Below are positions 8,358-17,516 of a stretch of 64,000 bases of DNA, piece by piece. Position numbers and translations under genes: made by a program. Source of the stretch: Candidatus Thorarchaeota archaeon (GTDB lineage Archaea; Asgardarchaeota; Thorarchaeia; Thorarchaeales; Thorarchaeaceae); NCBI GenBank assembly GCA_048882385.1, contig JBHLRQ010000004.1:13470-77469 (forward strand), written 5' to 3'. Positions within the stretch are counted from its first letter, which is position 1, and each line of letters starts with the position of its first letter. The notes beneath the pieces were generated by a model. The model was not told the origin of the DNA. It saw only the letters and a list, made by a program, of their open reading frames with translations, and searched no databases.

Positions 8358-9320
8358 CTAGGTTGTCTTCTCATGACCTCGTTCTGTTATGATGATTGTA
8401 TGCTCATTTTGCGAAACAAATTCTCCTTTTTCTTCAGCAAGGATGTTGTGTCCAAAGAGTGCACCGTTCTTCTCAAGTTCCTTGATAGCCATCTCGAGAG
8501 AGGCAGGTGACATCTGTTCAGCTATCCACCGTTTAGCAAATGGAAACTCTTTGTAGTTCTTCCTAGCTATGCCTAAGAACTGCTTTGTACCCTTAAACCG
8601 AACTGGTACCCTGACAGGGAGTAATTGATAGATAAGAGGTCGTGGTTGATCAGAGATGTTTCCAGAACCTGTACTCGCAAAGGTTTCTATTGCATAGACT
8701 TCGCCTTCCTCAACAAGTACCTCAGACTTGCCTGAAACACAAGGAACCTGTTTATCAGCGTGAAGCTCATACTCTTTCAATTGATGACCTGACAGTTGTT
8801 TTATTGGTTCAAATCCAGCTGATTGAATTGTATCTTCAATCAGTGCACCAATTGTGTTCAGTTTAGCACCAGGACGCATCATCTGGATGGCCACATTGGT
8901 AGCATCAACTGAAGCCTTGACCAAAGCCTCATGATCGGGATTGAGAGCAATCGTGAATGCTGTATCAGCAATACAGCCATCGACATGAGACCCACAATCT
9001 ACAGTTACAAGGTCACCCTCTTCAATGACAGTTTCATCATTCAAGGGCGATGTGTAGTGTGCTGCAACATTGTTCAAAGCCACATTACATGGAAAGGAAG
9101 TTCCCGATGAGTTTTCGCGAATGTAGTTCTCAACTGTGTCGATTATATCAATGACCTTTGTTCCTGGTTTCACCATAGGTCTTGCTAGGTCGAGAGCTTC
9201 ACGGGCGACGACTCCAGCGCGACGCCATTTGTCCCAAGGATCTTCTGATTCATCTTCTGGTTTATCAACGGGCTTATCCTCTGCCACGATATCACCAACT
9301 CTTTGGCTCGTGTAGGGCAA
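8358..9320 (-). CDS. map: type 2 methionine aminopeptidase
   Basis: Pita-bread fold motifs (FPCNVALNNVAAHYTP, DCGSHVDGCIADTAFT, SGHQL, EHTIIIT). TTG start at 9320 gives an acidic ~30-aa N-terminal extension. The start is uncertain. Confidence 0.85.
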   Translation of the reverse strand: MPYTSQRVGDIVAEDKPVDKPEDESEDPWDKWRRAGVVAREALDLARPMVKPGTKVIDIIDTVENYIRENSSGTSFPCNVALNNVAAHYTSPLNDETVIEEGDLVTVDCGSHVDGCIADTAFTIALNPDHEALVKASVDATNVAIQMMRPGAKLNTIGALIEDTIQSAGFEPIKQLSGHQLKEYELHADKQVPCVSGKSEVLVEEGEVYAIETFASTGSGNISDQPRPLIYQLLPVRVPVRFKGTKQFLGIARKNYKEFPFAKRWIAEQMSPASLEMAIKELEKNGALFGHNILAEEKGEFVSQNEHTIIITERGHEKTT

Positions 9321-9352
9321 GCCAGATAAAATTGACGGAAAGACCAGACCTA

Positions 9353-9748
9353 CTACGATAGAACCTTCTCAATCCTCTTAGCAATACGTGTCATCATGAA
9401 GAACATGTAGCCAATGTTAGCACGTTTGTTTGTGAGTACAGCTAGACTGGCATCAGCTCCTGCATCGCAGATGATGACATAACCAGTTTCACCCTCAATC
9501 AACATTCTAACGAGAGGACCACGTTTCAACTGCTTGAAGACTTTCCTTGTTGCTTCCTGGATTTGGGTGGATCTTCCTGCTATCACATCCTCATCAGGGA
9601 TTCTACTATCATCCATTCCTTCAGGATAGTGAGTACAAATAGTAAGACCCTGTGATTTCGAAATGATAGCGCTTGCTTCGACATTTCCCTGTGACGCCCG
9701 ACTCAAGTCGAGAAGAAGCTCATTCAACATTTCGGTTTTTGAGGACAA
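9353..9748 (-). CDS. Roadblock/LC7 (MglB-like) domain protein
   Basis: 131 aa with the typical Roadblock pattern: LLLDLSRASQGNVEASAIISKSQGLTI...GYVIICDAGADASLAVLTNKRANIG. Confidence 0.7.
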   Translation of the reverse strand: MSSKTEMLNELLLDLSRASQGNVEASAIISKSQGLTICTHYPEGMDDSRIPDEDVIAGRSTQIQEATRKVFKQLKRGPLVRMLIEGETGYVIICDAGADASLAVLTNKRANIGYMFFMMTRIAKRIEKVLS

Positions 9749-9796
9749 AGTAACGCATCTCCATGGCGCCTTTCAGTCAAAAAGGATGTCAAGTAT

Positions 9797-10573
9797 TTAA
9801 ACTCTCTTGGCGCCTGCTATCTTGAGACCTTTTACTATCTTTGCCAATCCTTCTCCTCTATCTTTCTGAATATGTTTTTCAAGATAGGTCCCCTGCACAA
9901 CTATAGAAGCTCCAGCTTCAACAGCCATGACAACTGATTTTTCATCGTTAAATCCGCCGCCAGTGATTAGTGGAATATCAATGAACTTAGAAACAGTGGC
10001 AATCATTTCAGGAGGTACTCCACCACCTTCTGCGCCACTACCAGCTTCAAGGTAAACCAGTTTCATCCCAAGTAACTCTGCTGCAATTGCGTACATCGTA
10101 GGCAGCTTAGGTTTGTCTCGTAGGAAGGGCTTGGCATCACCAACCCATGATGCAGTCTTTCCTGGAGCCACCATAAGATATGCCATTGGAATTGTTTCAA
10201 TTCCTGTGAGTTTTATTTTTGGTGCAGCTAGTGCTTGGGCACCAATTATGTAGTATGGGTTCGTACTGTTCAGGAGTGACATGAAGAAAATTGCATCTGC
10301 ATGTTCTGAAACGCCGGTGATATTACCGGGGAACAAGATGGTTGGAATCTCCACAGCTTCGCTAATCTTTTCTACGGCATCATCAATGACACCAAAAATC
10401 GTACTACCGCCAATCATGATTGCATCACTGCCTGCTTTCTCAGCGAGAGTAGCAATCTCTACAACATTTTCAATTGATGTAGACATTGGATCAGGGTCGA
10501 GGAGCGAGAAATGACAAGCACCCTCAGACTCTAGTTTTTCAGTGATGTACTTCCAAACCTTACCGGCCATCAT
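9797..10573 (-). CDS. geranylgeranylglyceryl phosphate synthase (PcrB/GGGPS family)
   Basis: TIM-barrel pattern: HFSLLDPDP, IMIGGS, ILFPGN, YLEAGSGA, PLITGGGF. Confidence 0.85.
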   Translation of the reverse strand: MMAGKVWKYITEKLESEGACHFSLLDPDPMSTSIENVVEIATLAEKAGSDAIMIGGSTIFGVIDDAVEKISEAVEIPTILFPGNITGVSEHADAIFFMSLLNSTNPYYIIGAQALAAPKIKLTGIETIPMAYLMVAPGKTASWVGDAKPFLRDKPKLPTMYAIAAELLGMKLVYLEAGSGAEGGGVPPEMIATVSKFIDIPLITGGGFNDEKSVVMAVEAGASIVVQGTYLEKHIQKDRGEGLAKIVKGLKIAGAKRV

Positions 10574-10816
10574 AAAGTCTCCAACTATTGAAATCCCGTC
10601 TTGACGTACTTTTTACGCTTTTGGTGAACCAATAGTAATTACTTCAAGACCAATATAAAATATAGTCCCAACTGTAATGTTCGATTACATCAATCGATGG
10701 ATTATTCCTATCAGAAAATGAAATATCGTGAAGGGATTATGCCCGTTATTCTCAACCTTTATTACCAGTTTTGAATGAAGCTCGCAAGTTGTGTTCTGCT
10801 GAACGAGGCCCCATAT

Positions 10817-13369
10817 ATGACCACAAGCGACCCTAAAGGAAGTAGTTCTGAATCTTCTGAAATAGAGGTTGTTTCAACAGGTTCAGAGCTCCGCATCGGA
10901 GTCTTTCCATGCAAGTGTGGGAAGAATATTGGTGCAGTAGTAGACATCGATGCTGTGGCAGAGTATGCAAAAACACTTCCAGGCGTAGCGTTTGTACAAG
11001 TCAATCGATATACCTGTGCAGATCCAGGACAGAGAGAGATTGAAGAAGCCATCACCGAGCATGGTCTCAATAGGGTGGTCGTAGCATCTTGCAGTCCAAC
11101 CATGCATGAGGATACATTCAGAAAAGCGGTGAAGGCCGCAGGACTCAATCCGTATCTCTGCATAATGGCCAATATTCGGGAGCACGTTTCATGGGTCCAC
11201 CGTGATGATCCAATAGCAGCCACACAGAAGGCTATGGACCTTGTCGCCATGTCTGTGGCAAAAGCTGCCACACTCGAACCACAGAAGGAATTGGATGTTC
11301 CAGTAACACAGGCTGCTCTTGTGGTGGGAGCGGGAGTTGCTGGCATGCAGGCAGCTCTTGATCTTGCTGATGCTGGTTTTAAGGTCCATCTTGTTGAGAA
11401 AGAACCGACAATAGGCGGAATCATGGCAATCCTAGACAAGGTTTTTCCACAAAATGATTGTAGTATCTGCATCCTCGGACCCAAGATGGTGGATGTAGCA
11501 AAGCATCCGAACATCAATCTCATCACTATGGCGGAAGTACAAACAATATCAGGGTATGTTGGAAACTTCCATGTTCGAGTTAAACAACGAGCACGATTTG
11601 TGGACATTGACAAATGTACATCATGTGGTGACTGCGTCGAAGTTTGTCCAGTTGATGTACCAAGTAGAACAGATCAGAGTCTGACTTGGCAGAAAGCTAT
11701 ACAGATACCATTCCCACAGGCAGTCCCTTCATCATATTTTATTGACCCCAACTCCTGCCTTGGTATGGACTTGATACGGTGTGGGAAGTGTATAGATCGA
11801 TGTGAACAAGAAGCAATTGTTTCCTCGGACCAAGATCGATATATAGACTTTGAAGCTGGAGTCATAATCCTAGCAACTGGTTTTAAACCTGCAAATCCAG
11901 AGAAGATACCTCGTCTTGGGTGGGGTAGATATCCAAACGTAATAACTACACTTGAGTTCGAGAGACTGATTAATGCAGCAGGGCCTACTGAGGGCAATCT
12001 TGTTCGACCCTCAGACCTAGTCAAACCAACTTCAGTAGCAATAGCTCAGTGTGTAGGATCACGAAGCATTGATACGAGACCAGCTTGTTCGAATTTCTGT
12101 TGTGCTGAATCAGTGAAATGCGCCTTGTTGATTAAAGAACACTATCCTGACACTGAAGTCACCATTTACTATCAGGATCTTAGAATGCATGGCAAGTACT
12201 TTGAAGATCAATATCTTAAGGCGAGAGAAGAAGGTGTAAAGTTTGTTCGTGGGAGGGTTGGTGAGATTCAGCAGTTCCCAAAGACAAAGAACCTCCGAGT
12301 GAGTGTTGAAGATACAACGCACAACAAATTAGTAATGGTAGATTATGATATGGTCATTTTGTCTATGGGAGCAGAAGGTCAGTCAGGGAATTTTCCAATA
12401 CCAATATCTTGTACAGCAGACTCATTTTACATAGAATCACATCCAAAATTGAGACCTGTAGATACTAGCTCGGCAGGCGTATTCATCTGCGGAGGAGCTG
12501 AGAGTCCTAAAGATATTAGAGATTCTGTCATCCAAGCGAGTGCTGCAGCTGGTCGAGCGGCGATAATCCTTCAGAAAGGCCGTTACCCGATAGAAGCACT
12601 CAGTGCTCGAATTATGCAAGACAAATGCAATAGATGCGGCACATGTGTAAAACGTTGCCCTTATGGTGCAATCTCACAGGATGGCACGGGCAAGTTCACT
12701 GTAATGGGAGCCCTCTGTCAGGCATGTGGAACATGTGCAGGTGATTGTCCAAAAGATGCCATTTACATGCCCAATTTCACAAATGAGCAGATTGAGGCTC
12801 AGATAGAAATTGCGCTGGCTGAGGAACCTGAGGACAAGATTGTAGCGTTCGCTTGTGCATTCTGTTCCTATCGAGGCTCAGATCTCGCAGGTGTTTCAAG
12901 AATGCAGTATCCACCTAACGCCAGAGTGATCAGGTCTATGTGTTCCGGACGATACTCAGTTAAATTCGCACAAAAAGCGTTTGAACTTGGTGCAGGAGCT
13001 GTACTCTATTCAGGATGCCATCTTCCAGCAGATTGTCACTTTCAAACTGGAAATCATTGGATGGCCAAACGAGAGCCGAGAATCAGAGGATGGATGAAGA
13101 GGAATAACATAGATGATGACCGCTTCCGAGTGGAATGGGTTTCTGCTGGAGAAGGAAAGAAGTGGCAAAATATCATGAGCGAGATGGCGGAAGTCACTGA
13201 GAAGTATAAGAAGATTAAACCCAAGGCTAAGAAACCAACTGCTAAGCCAAAAACGGACCCAAAATCAAAACCAAAGTCTAAATCAAAAGCAAAGCCCAAA
13301 AAGAAGACAAAGCCAAAGACTAGTAGCACAAAAAAGAGTGCTCCCAAGAAGAAGACAGGGGGGAAGTGA
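10817..13369 (+). CDS. hdrA: heterodisulfide reductase subunit A fused to an MvhD domain, with Lys/Pro-rich C-terminal tail
   Basis: N-terminal CKCGKNIG cluster, FAD site VVGAGVAGMQAALDLA and several CxxCxxCxxxCP motifs identify HdrA. DKIVAFACAFCSY...CSGR...SGCHLPADCHF is an MvhD domain fused in frame. The last ~55 aa are KPK-rich. ATG 10817 has GAGG ~10 nt upstream; ATG 10775 is also possible. Confidence 0.85.
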   Translation: MTTSDPKGSSSESSEIEVVSTGSELRIGVFPCKCGKNIGAVVDIDAVAEYAKTLPGVAFVQVNRYTCADPGQREIEEAITEHGLNRVVVASCSPTMHEDTFRKAVKAAGLNPYLCIMANIREHVSWVHRDDPIAATQKAMDLVAMSVAKAATLEPQKELDVPVTQAALVVGAGVAGMQAALDLADAGFKVHLVEKEPTIGGIMAILDKVFPQNDCSICILGPKMVDVAKHPNINLITMAEVQTISGYVGNFHVRVKQRARFVDIDKCTSCGDCVEVCPVDVPSRTDQSLTWQKAIQIPFPQAVPSSYFIDPNSCLGMDLIRCGKCIDRCEQEAIVSSDQDRYIDFEAGVIILATGFKPANPEKIPRLGWGRYPNVITTLEFERLINAAGPTEGNLVRPSDLVKPTSVAIAQCVGSRSIDTRPACSNFCCAESVKCALLIKEHYPDTEVTIYYQDLRMHGKYFEDQYLKAREEGVKFVRGRVGEIQQFPKTKNLRVSVEDTTHNKLVMVDYDMVILSMGAEGQSGNFPIPISCTADSFYIESHPKLRPVDTSSAGVFICGGAESPKDIRDSVIQASAAAGRAAIILQKGRYPIEALSARIMQDKCNRCGTCVKRCPYGAISQDGTGKFTVMGALCQACGTCAGDCPKDAIYMPNFTNEQIEAQIEIALAEEPEDKIVAFACAFCSYRGSDLAGVSRMQYPPNARVIRSMCSGRYSVKFAQKAFELGAGAVLYSGCHLPADCHFQTGNHWMAKREPRIRGWMKRNNIDDDRFRVEWVSAGEGKKWQNIMSEMAEVTEKYKKIKPKAKKPTAKPKTDPKSKPKSKSKAKPKKKTKPKTSSTKKSAPKKKTGGK

Positions 13370-13872
13370 TTCAGATGGTAGATGCCAGTCAAAACCAAAA
13401 GCTTGAGGAGCTGCGAAAAACAGCTAGACCCTGTTTTCAATGTGGAATATGTGCTTCTTCTTGTCCAGTTTTCCGAGTGGCACCAGAGTTGAATCCCCGA
13501 TTATCAGTGGACTCCATCATAACAGAAGGAGTGGTTCCTACTGAAGGAAATGAATGGCTTTGTGCGTATTGTTTGATGTGCGAGGAAAGATGCCCAATGG
13601 GAGTATCGCTTGCTGAGATCTTGATGGGTATCAAGAACATTTCAGCCAATGAGGGAAAAGCTCCTCCAGATGTTGTTGAGTCAGCTGAAGCACTCTATAC
13701 AAGAGGTTGTCTGTCACCTGTATCTAATAGAGCGGAGAAAAAAAGAGATGATTTGGGTCTTCCACATTTGCCCGAACCGGACCCCGAACAGGTCAAACTG
13801 ATTTTTGATGCAACAGGTGCATTAGAGGTGCTTGAGGTAAATAGAGCTGCAGTAAAGGAGGAGCCTGAATGA
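13366..13872 (+). CDS. hdrC: heterodisulfide reductase subunit C-like (two 4Fe-4S motifs)
   Basis: CFQCGICASSCPV and CAYCLMCEERCPMGV. There is a 4-nt overlap with hdrA and with hdrB. Confidence 0.8.
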   Translation: MIQMVDASQNQKLEELRKTARPCFQCGICASSCPVFRVAPELNPRLSVDSIITEGVVPTEGNEWLCAYCLMCEERCPMGVSLAEILMGIKNISANEGKAPPDVVESAEALYTRGCLSPVSNRAEKKRDDLGLPHLPEPDPEQVKLIFDATGALEVLEVNRAAVKEEPE

Positions 13873-14768
13873 AGTACGCGTTCTTCCCAGGATGTACAAT
13901 GGCGAACCGCCTTCAGTTTGCTGAAAAATCAGTGCGCATGGTAGTTCCTGAATTTGGTTTTGAACTAGTTGACTTACCTTTCACCTGCTGTCCAGAACCA
14001 AACGCCATAAGAGCACTCTCTGACGACACATGGATTACATTTGCAGCAAGGAATATAGCACTTGCAGAGGCTGAAACTCTAGATATCTTAACTGCATGTG
14101 CTGGTTGCCATGAGTCGCTCACTCTCGCAAAGCATGAACTCGATACAAAACCGGAAAGAAAGGAGAAAGCAAACGAAATTCTCAATAAAATGGGACTTGA
14201 GTATAAGGGAACATCATCAATTATTCATGTTCATCAATTACTCTTTGATGAGGTTGGTGTCGAAACCATCTCAACTAAAGTTGTTAGACCAATTCCTTTC
14301 AAAGTTGTCACACACAGCGGATGTCATCTCTTAAGACCACAGAAGATTCTGAAAGTCGATAGCGCTGAAATACCTGTGAAACTAGATATGTTGTGTGAAG
14401 CACTGGGAATGGAGTCTCTCGATTATATGGACAAGGTCATGTGTTGTGGTGCGGGTGTTAGAAAAACAAATTCAGTCACATCATATGCAGTCTTGAAAGA
14501 AAAGATGACAAGCATGGCAATGGTCGAACCTGATGCTATTGTAGTCTTTTGTCCGACTTGCTTCATAACTTTTGAATCAGGGCAACGGGTAGCAAATAGA
14601 ATATTCAACACTGAATTTGATTTGCCAGTATTCTATTATACTGAGCTTCTTGCAATCGCAATGGGATTGCCTGATACGGATCTACTCCTGGCAGATCATA
14701 GAGTAAAAATCAACTTTCCAGAGGAAATTGAAGCAAAGAGCAATGACACCGAATCCATTCCTATCTGA
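13869..14768 (+). CDS. hdrB: heterodisulfide reductase subunit B-like (two CCG domains)
   Basis: Begins MKYAFFPGC. CCPEP...CAGC and CCGAG...CPTC are the duplicated CCG-domain cysteine patterns. Confidence 0.85.
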   Translation: MKYAFFPGCTMANRLQFAEKSVRMVVPEFGFELVDLPFTCCPEPNAIRALSDDTWITFAARNIALAEAETLDILTACAGCHESLTLAKHELDTKPERKEKANEILNKMGLEYKGTSSIIHVHQLLFDEVGVETISTKVVRPIPFKVVTHSGCHLLRPQKILKVDSAEIPVKLDMLCEALGMESLDYMDKVMCCGAGVRKTNSVTSYAVLKEKMTSMAMVEPDAIVVFCPTCFITFESGQRVANRIFNTEFDLPVFYYTELLAIAMGLPDTDLLLADHRVKINFPEEIEAKSNDTESIPI

Positions 14769-14901
14769 TAGTCGTATCTGTCCCGAAACACTTTATTACC
14801 ATCAATCGACCGCGCGACTTGTGCGGTGAAGGTATATAGCATACTGGCACGAGGTCCAATAAATGCTTAGTAGAAGAATCCAATAGTGGAGATAATTAGC
14901 C

Positions 14902-15522
14902 ATGGAAACCGTAACAGTAGCAATTCTCGCAGGTGGAAATTCAAAGAGATTCGGGTCGGAGAAGGCAATTGCTGAGTATCGAGGACGACCACTTGTTGCT
15001 CACATGGTTGATATCGCGCGAAGATTGTCTCGTAAGGTCATGATTGTAGTGTCTGATGAAACCCAAGTGGAGATTCTCAGGAATATTGTCCCAGATATTC
15101 AGATTGTTGTTGATCCACCTGGTGAAATCAAATGTGCATTATCAGGAGCGCTAACTGCGTTTGAATATACAATGACATCACAGGTTCTTCTTCTTCCAAT
15201 AGATTCTCCTTTGGCCAGTAGTGAGCTTCTGAGAATGTTAATCAGAATGAGTCCAGGACATGGTGCTGTAGTACCTTCATGGCCATCAGGATATATTGAG
15301 CCACTTCATTCTGTCTATTTTGCAGAACATGCATATTTTCATGGGCTCAAAGTGATGGAAGAAGGCTTCCATAAGATGAGAGATCTTCTTGATAGATTGC
15401 AACGAGTCCTATATGTTTCAACTGAAACTCTGAAACAGTTCGATCCAGACTTGAGTACGTTCACAAACTTCAACACACCAAAAGAACTCAGAGCAGCAGA
15501 GAGAAGAGATTTGAAAGAATGA
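14902..15522 (+). CDS. mobA: MobA-like NTP transferase (molybdenum cofactor guanylyltransferase family)
   Basis: N-terminal VAILAGGNSKRFGSEKAIAEYRGRPLV nucleotide-binding signature. About 200 aa. Confidence 0.7.
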   Translation: METVTVAILAGGNSKRFGSEKAIAEYRGRPLVAHMVDIARRLSRKVMIVVSDETQVEILRNIVPDIQIVVDPPGEIKCALSGALTAFEYTMTSQVLLLPIDSPLASSELLRMLIRMSPGHGAVVPSWPSGYIEPLHSVYFAEHAYFHGLKVMEEGFHKMRDLLDRLQRVLYVSTETLKQFDPDLSTFTNFNTPKELRAAERRDLKE

Positions 15523-15525
15523 TCC

Positions 15526-16602
15526 TTATTCTTGATTCTCAAACCTGATTCTACAAGTTCCTTCGTGACCCACCATGCATGGACCATATGGTTCGTCAAT
15601 TGTACATCTTTTTCCGAAGAGGGCACAGTCTACTGGATCAATCATACCCAATATCACTTCATGGCATCGGCAACCAGGAAGAATATCTACAGACTTAAAA
15701 TCAGGGAAATCAAAGCGTAATCGAGCATCGTATTCGGATAGCTCTTCCCGGATGAAGAGCCCAGATTTTTTGATTATACCTAGTCCTCTCCAAGGCGCGT
15801 CATCAACCCGGAAGGTTTGCTCAAGGACTTTTTGTGCGGCAAGATTTCCCTCTGGTTTTACAACACGCGTGTATTCATTCTCTGAATCTGCTCGTCCCTC
15901 TCTAATCTGAGCAAGAATCATTCGGACTGATTCGAGGACATCGAGGGGCTCGAAACCTGCAACCACACATGGAACTCCCGTCTTTTCAGCAAATGGTTGA
16001 AAAGCATTGCTCCCGATTATTGTGGACACGTGGCCAGGTGTTATGAACCCATCAACACCATATCCCTCCAGATTGACAAGGATATCCATTGCAGGAGGAA
16101 TTAACTTTAGAGATGTCAGAATAGAGAAGTTCTGAGGTGGTTCTCGTATTAGTTCGAGGGAAATCGTAGGAGCAGTTGTTTCGAATCCGACTCCGATAAA
16201 CACAACTTCCTTGTTGGGATTTTCTTGAGCTATCTTTACAGCTTCACCGACACCATAGACCACACGTACATCAGCTCCTGATGTTCGCTCTTTCGCAAGT
16301 GATGAATTGGTGGAAGGAACTCGAATCATATCACCAAATGTTGTGATAATATGTCCCTGTCTGGCAAGCTCGATAGCCTTGTCCACATCCTCAGCGGCAC
16401 ATACGCAAACAGGACAACCAGGACCAGCAACAAGCTTGATTGATTGTGGTAGTAAGGAACGGATTCCATGTTGAACAATTGTGTCCTCATGAGTTCCGCA
16501 GACATGAACTATGCGGGTTTCAATTCCTTCATTCAAAGATGCAATCTCTTTGACAACAGCTTGCGCATATCTGGCATCACTAAAGCCTGTCTGCTTACTC
16601 AT
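15526..16602 (-). CDS. hypD: [NiFe]-hydrogenase maturation protein HypD
   Basis: Contains GPGCPVCV, GFETT and PGHVS motifs and a C-terminal Cys cluster (CRCHEV...CAL...C...PYGPC). 358 aa. Confidence 0.9.
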   Translation of the reverse strand: MSKQTGFSDARYAQAVVKEIASLNEGIETRIVHVCGTHEDTIVQHGIRSLLPQSIKLVAGPGCPVCVCAAEDVDKAIELARQGHIITTFGDMIRVPSTNSSLAKERTSGADVRVVYGVGEAVKIAQENPNKEVVFIGVGFETTAPTISLELIREPPQNFSILTSLKLIPPAMDILVNLEGYGVDGFITPGHVSTIIGSNAFQPFAEKTGVPCVVAGFEPLDVLESVRMILAQIREGRADSENEYTRVVKPEGNLAAQKVLEQTFRVDDAPWRGLGIIKKSGLFIREELSEYDARLRFDFPDFKSVDILPGCRCHEVILGMIDPVDCALFGKRCTIDEPYGPCMVGHEGTCRIRFENQE

Positions 16603-16669
16603 TGAATCTCAACCAAGCCTGTTTTAGCTTGGCATCGCATAAAAATTCAGATGTGTGTATTTTGTACAA

Positions 16670-16978
16670 TTACTCTGGGTTAAGTCCTTCAAGGATAGCT
16701 AGTGCTTCTCCTACAGTGATTGAAAGTTTGTTTGCAAGTTCCTTAGCAGTAATGTTTGGGTTCTTGGGCAAGATGTACTCTTCTGCATATCCTACATTCC
16801 CTGCATAAAGAGGATTGTTCCTAGCTGTTTCAATGAGTAATGGCCAAAGAGGGTGGCTCTTGAAGTCAGCAATATTGATGTCTATAGTTCTACCAGATTC
16901 ACCATTCTTCACCTTCTTAATAGGCTTTGAATCAGGTGTTTCTCTACTACGTTTGTCAAGTCGCTCCTGCTTAATCAA
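16670..16978 (-). CDS. hypothetical protein (102 aa) with C-terminal HTH-like segment
   Basis: Only a TTG start is available. ITAKELANKLSITVGEALAILEGL looks like a helix-turn-helix. It may be the C-terminal part of a longer gene (see finding at 16975-17136). Confidence 0.45.
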   Translation of the reverse strand: MIKQERLDKRSRETPDSKPIKKVKNGESGRTIDINIADFKSHPLWPLLIETARNNPLYAGNVGYAEEYILPKNPNITAKELANKLSITVGEALAILEGLNPE

Positions 16979-17136
16979 GGCTGCATCCCAACCTCAGTTC
17001 CCGGCGAATCCAACGAAAAGTTGGCTCTCTTTTGAAATTTCTTTGTTACGATATAAGCCTTGGGGAGCTTTTTGAGGGTCTCATTGTATCGATAGCAGTA
17101 TGTCTTGAAGGCGAAAGAAGAAGGCGCCATTCCCAT
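16975..17136 (-). CDS. 53-aa basic ORF (hypothetical), 4-nt overlap with next ORF
   Basis: Hand-translated as MGMAPSSFAFKTYCYRYNETLKKLPKAYIVTKKFQKRANFSLDSPGTEVGMQP. Its TGA overlaps the TTG of the 102-aa ORF (TTGA). Confidence 0.3.
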   Translation of the reverse strand: MGMAPSSFAFKTYCYRYNETLKKLPKAYIVTKKFQKRANFSLDSPGTEVGMQP

Positions 17137-17200
17137 GTCGTAAGGTTTAACAAGGCAATCCTTGACACATCACAGGAAGAATACGACCAAAGGGTCAACT

Positions 17201-17512
17201 ATGGGGAATGAATTATTGCCTCAAGGCATTAGAAGAATAGTTCTTGATGTATTGAAACCTCACAGTCCTCGTTTGACTGATCTCGCACTCATGCTTGCAA
17301 GAGATGAGCGGGTTAATGGACTGAACATCTCATTAAAAGAGGTAGACCAGAACACGGAGAGCATTACCATTACTCTTGAGGGTGATGATCTCAGCTACGA
17401 CTCAATTAAAGAAATACTTGAGCAGGCTGGAGCTGTGATTCACTCAATTGATCAGGTTGTTGCAGGAAAGAGATTCGTTGAGGAGGTAACTCTTCAACCC
17501 GAGAATTCATAG
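17201..17512 (+). CDS. DUF211 family protein
   Basis: IRRIVLDVLKPHSPRLTDLALMLARDERVNGLNISLKEVDQNTESITITLEGDDLSYDSIKEILEQAGAVIHSIDQV matches the conserved archaeal DUF211 pattern. ATG 17201 is preferred over TTG 17162. Confidence 0.7.
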   Translation: MGNELLPQGIRRIVLDVLKPHSPRLTDLALMLARDERVNGLNISLKEVDQNTESITITLEGDDLSYDSIKEILEQAGAVIHSIDQVVAGKRFVEEVTLQPENS

Positions 17513-17516
17513 TGGG

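Noticed and set aside
8295-8360. C/D-box sRNA suggested by UGAUGA at 8299-8304
   Set aside because: No CUGA D box or C'/D' pair lies within the following ~70 nt on either strand. The region is more likely the tfb promoter and map 3' end.
10762-11613. 283-aa minus-strand ORF
   Set aside because: Antisense shadow of hdrA, whose FAD and Fe-S motifs are unambiguous on the plus strand.
13201-13366. Repetitive KPK-coding tracts considered as tandem repeats or a CRISPR-like array
   Set aside because: They are in-frame low-complexity coding sequence without regular repeat-spacer periodicity. No CRISPR array is present anywhere in the window.
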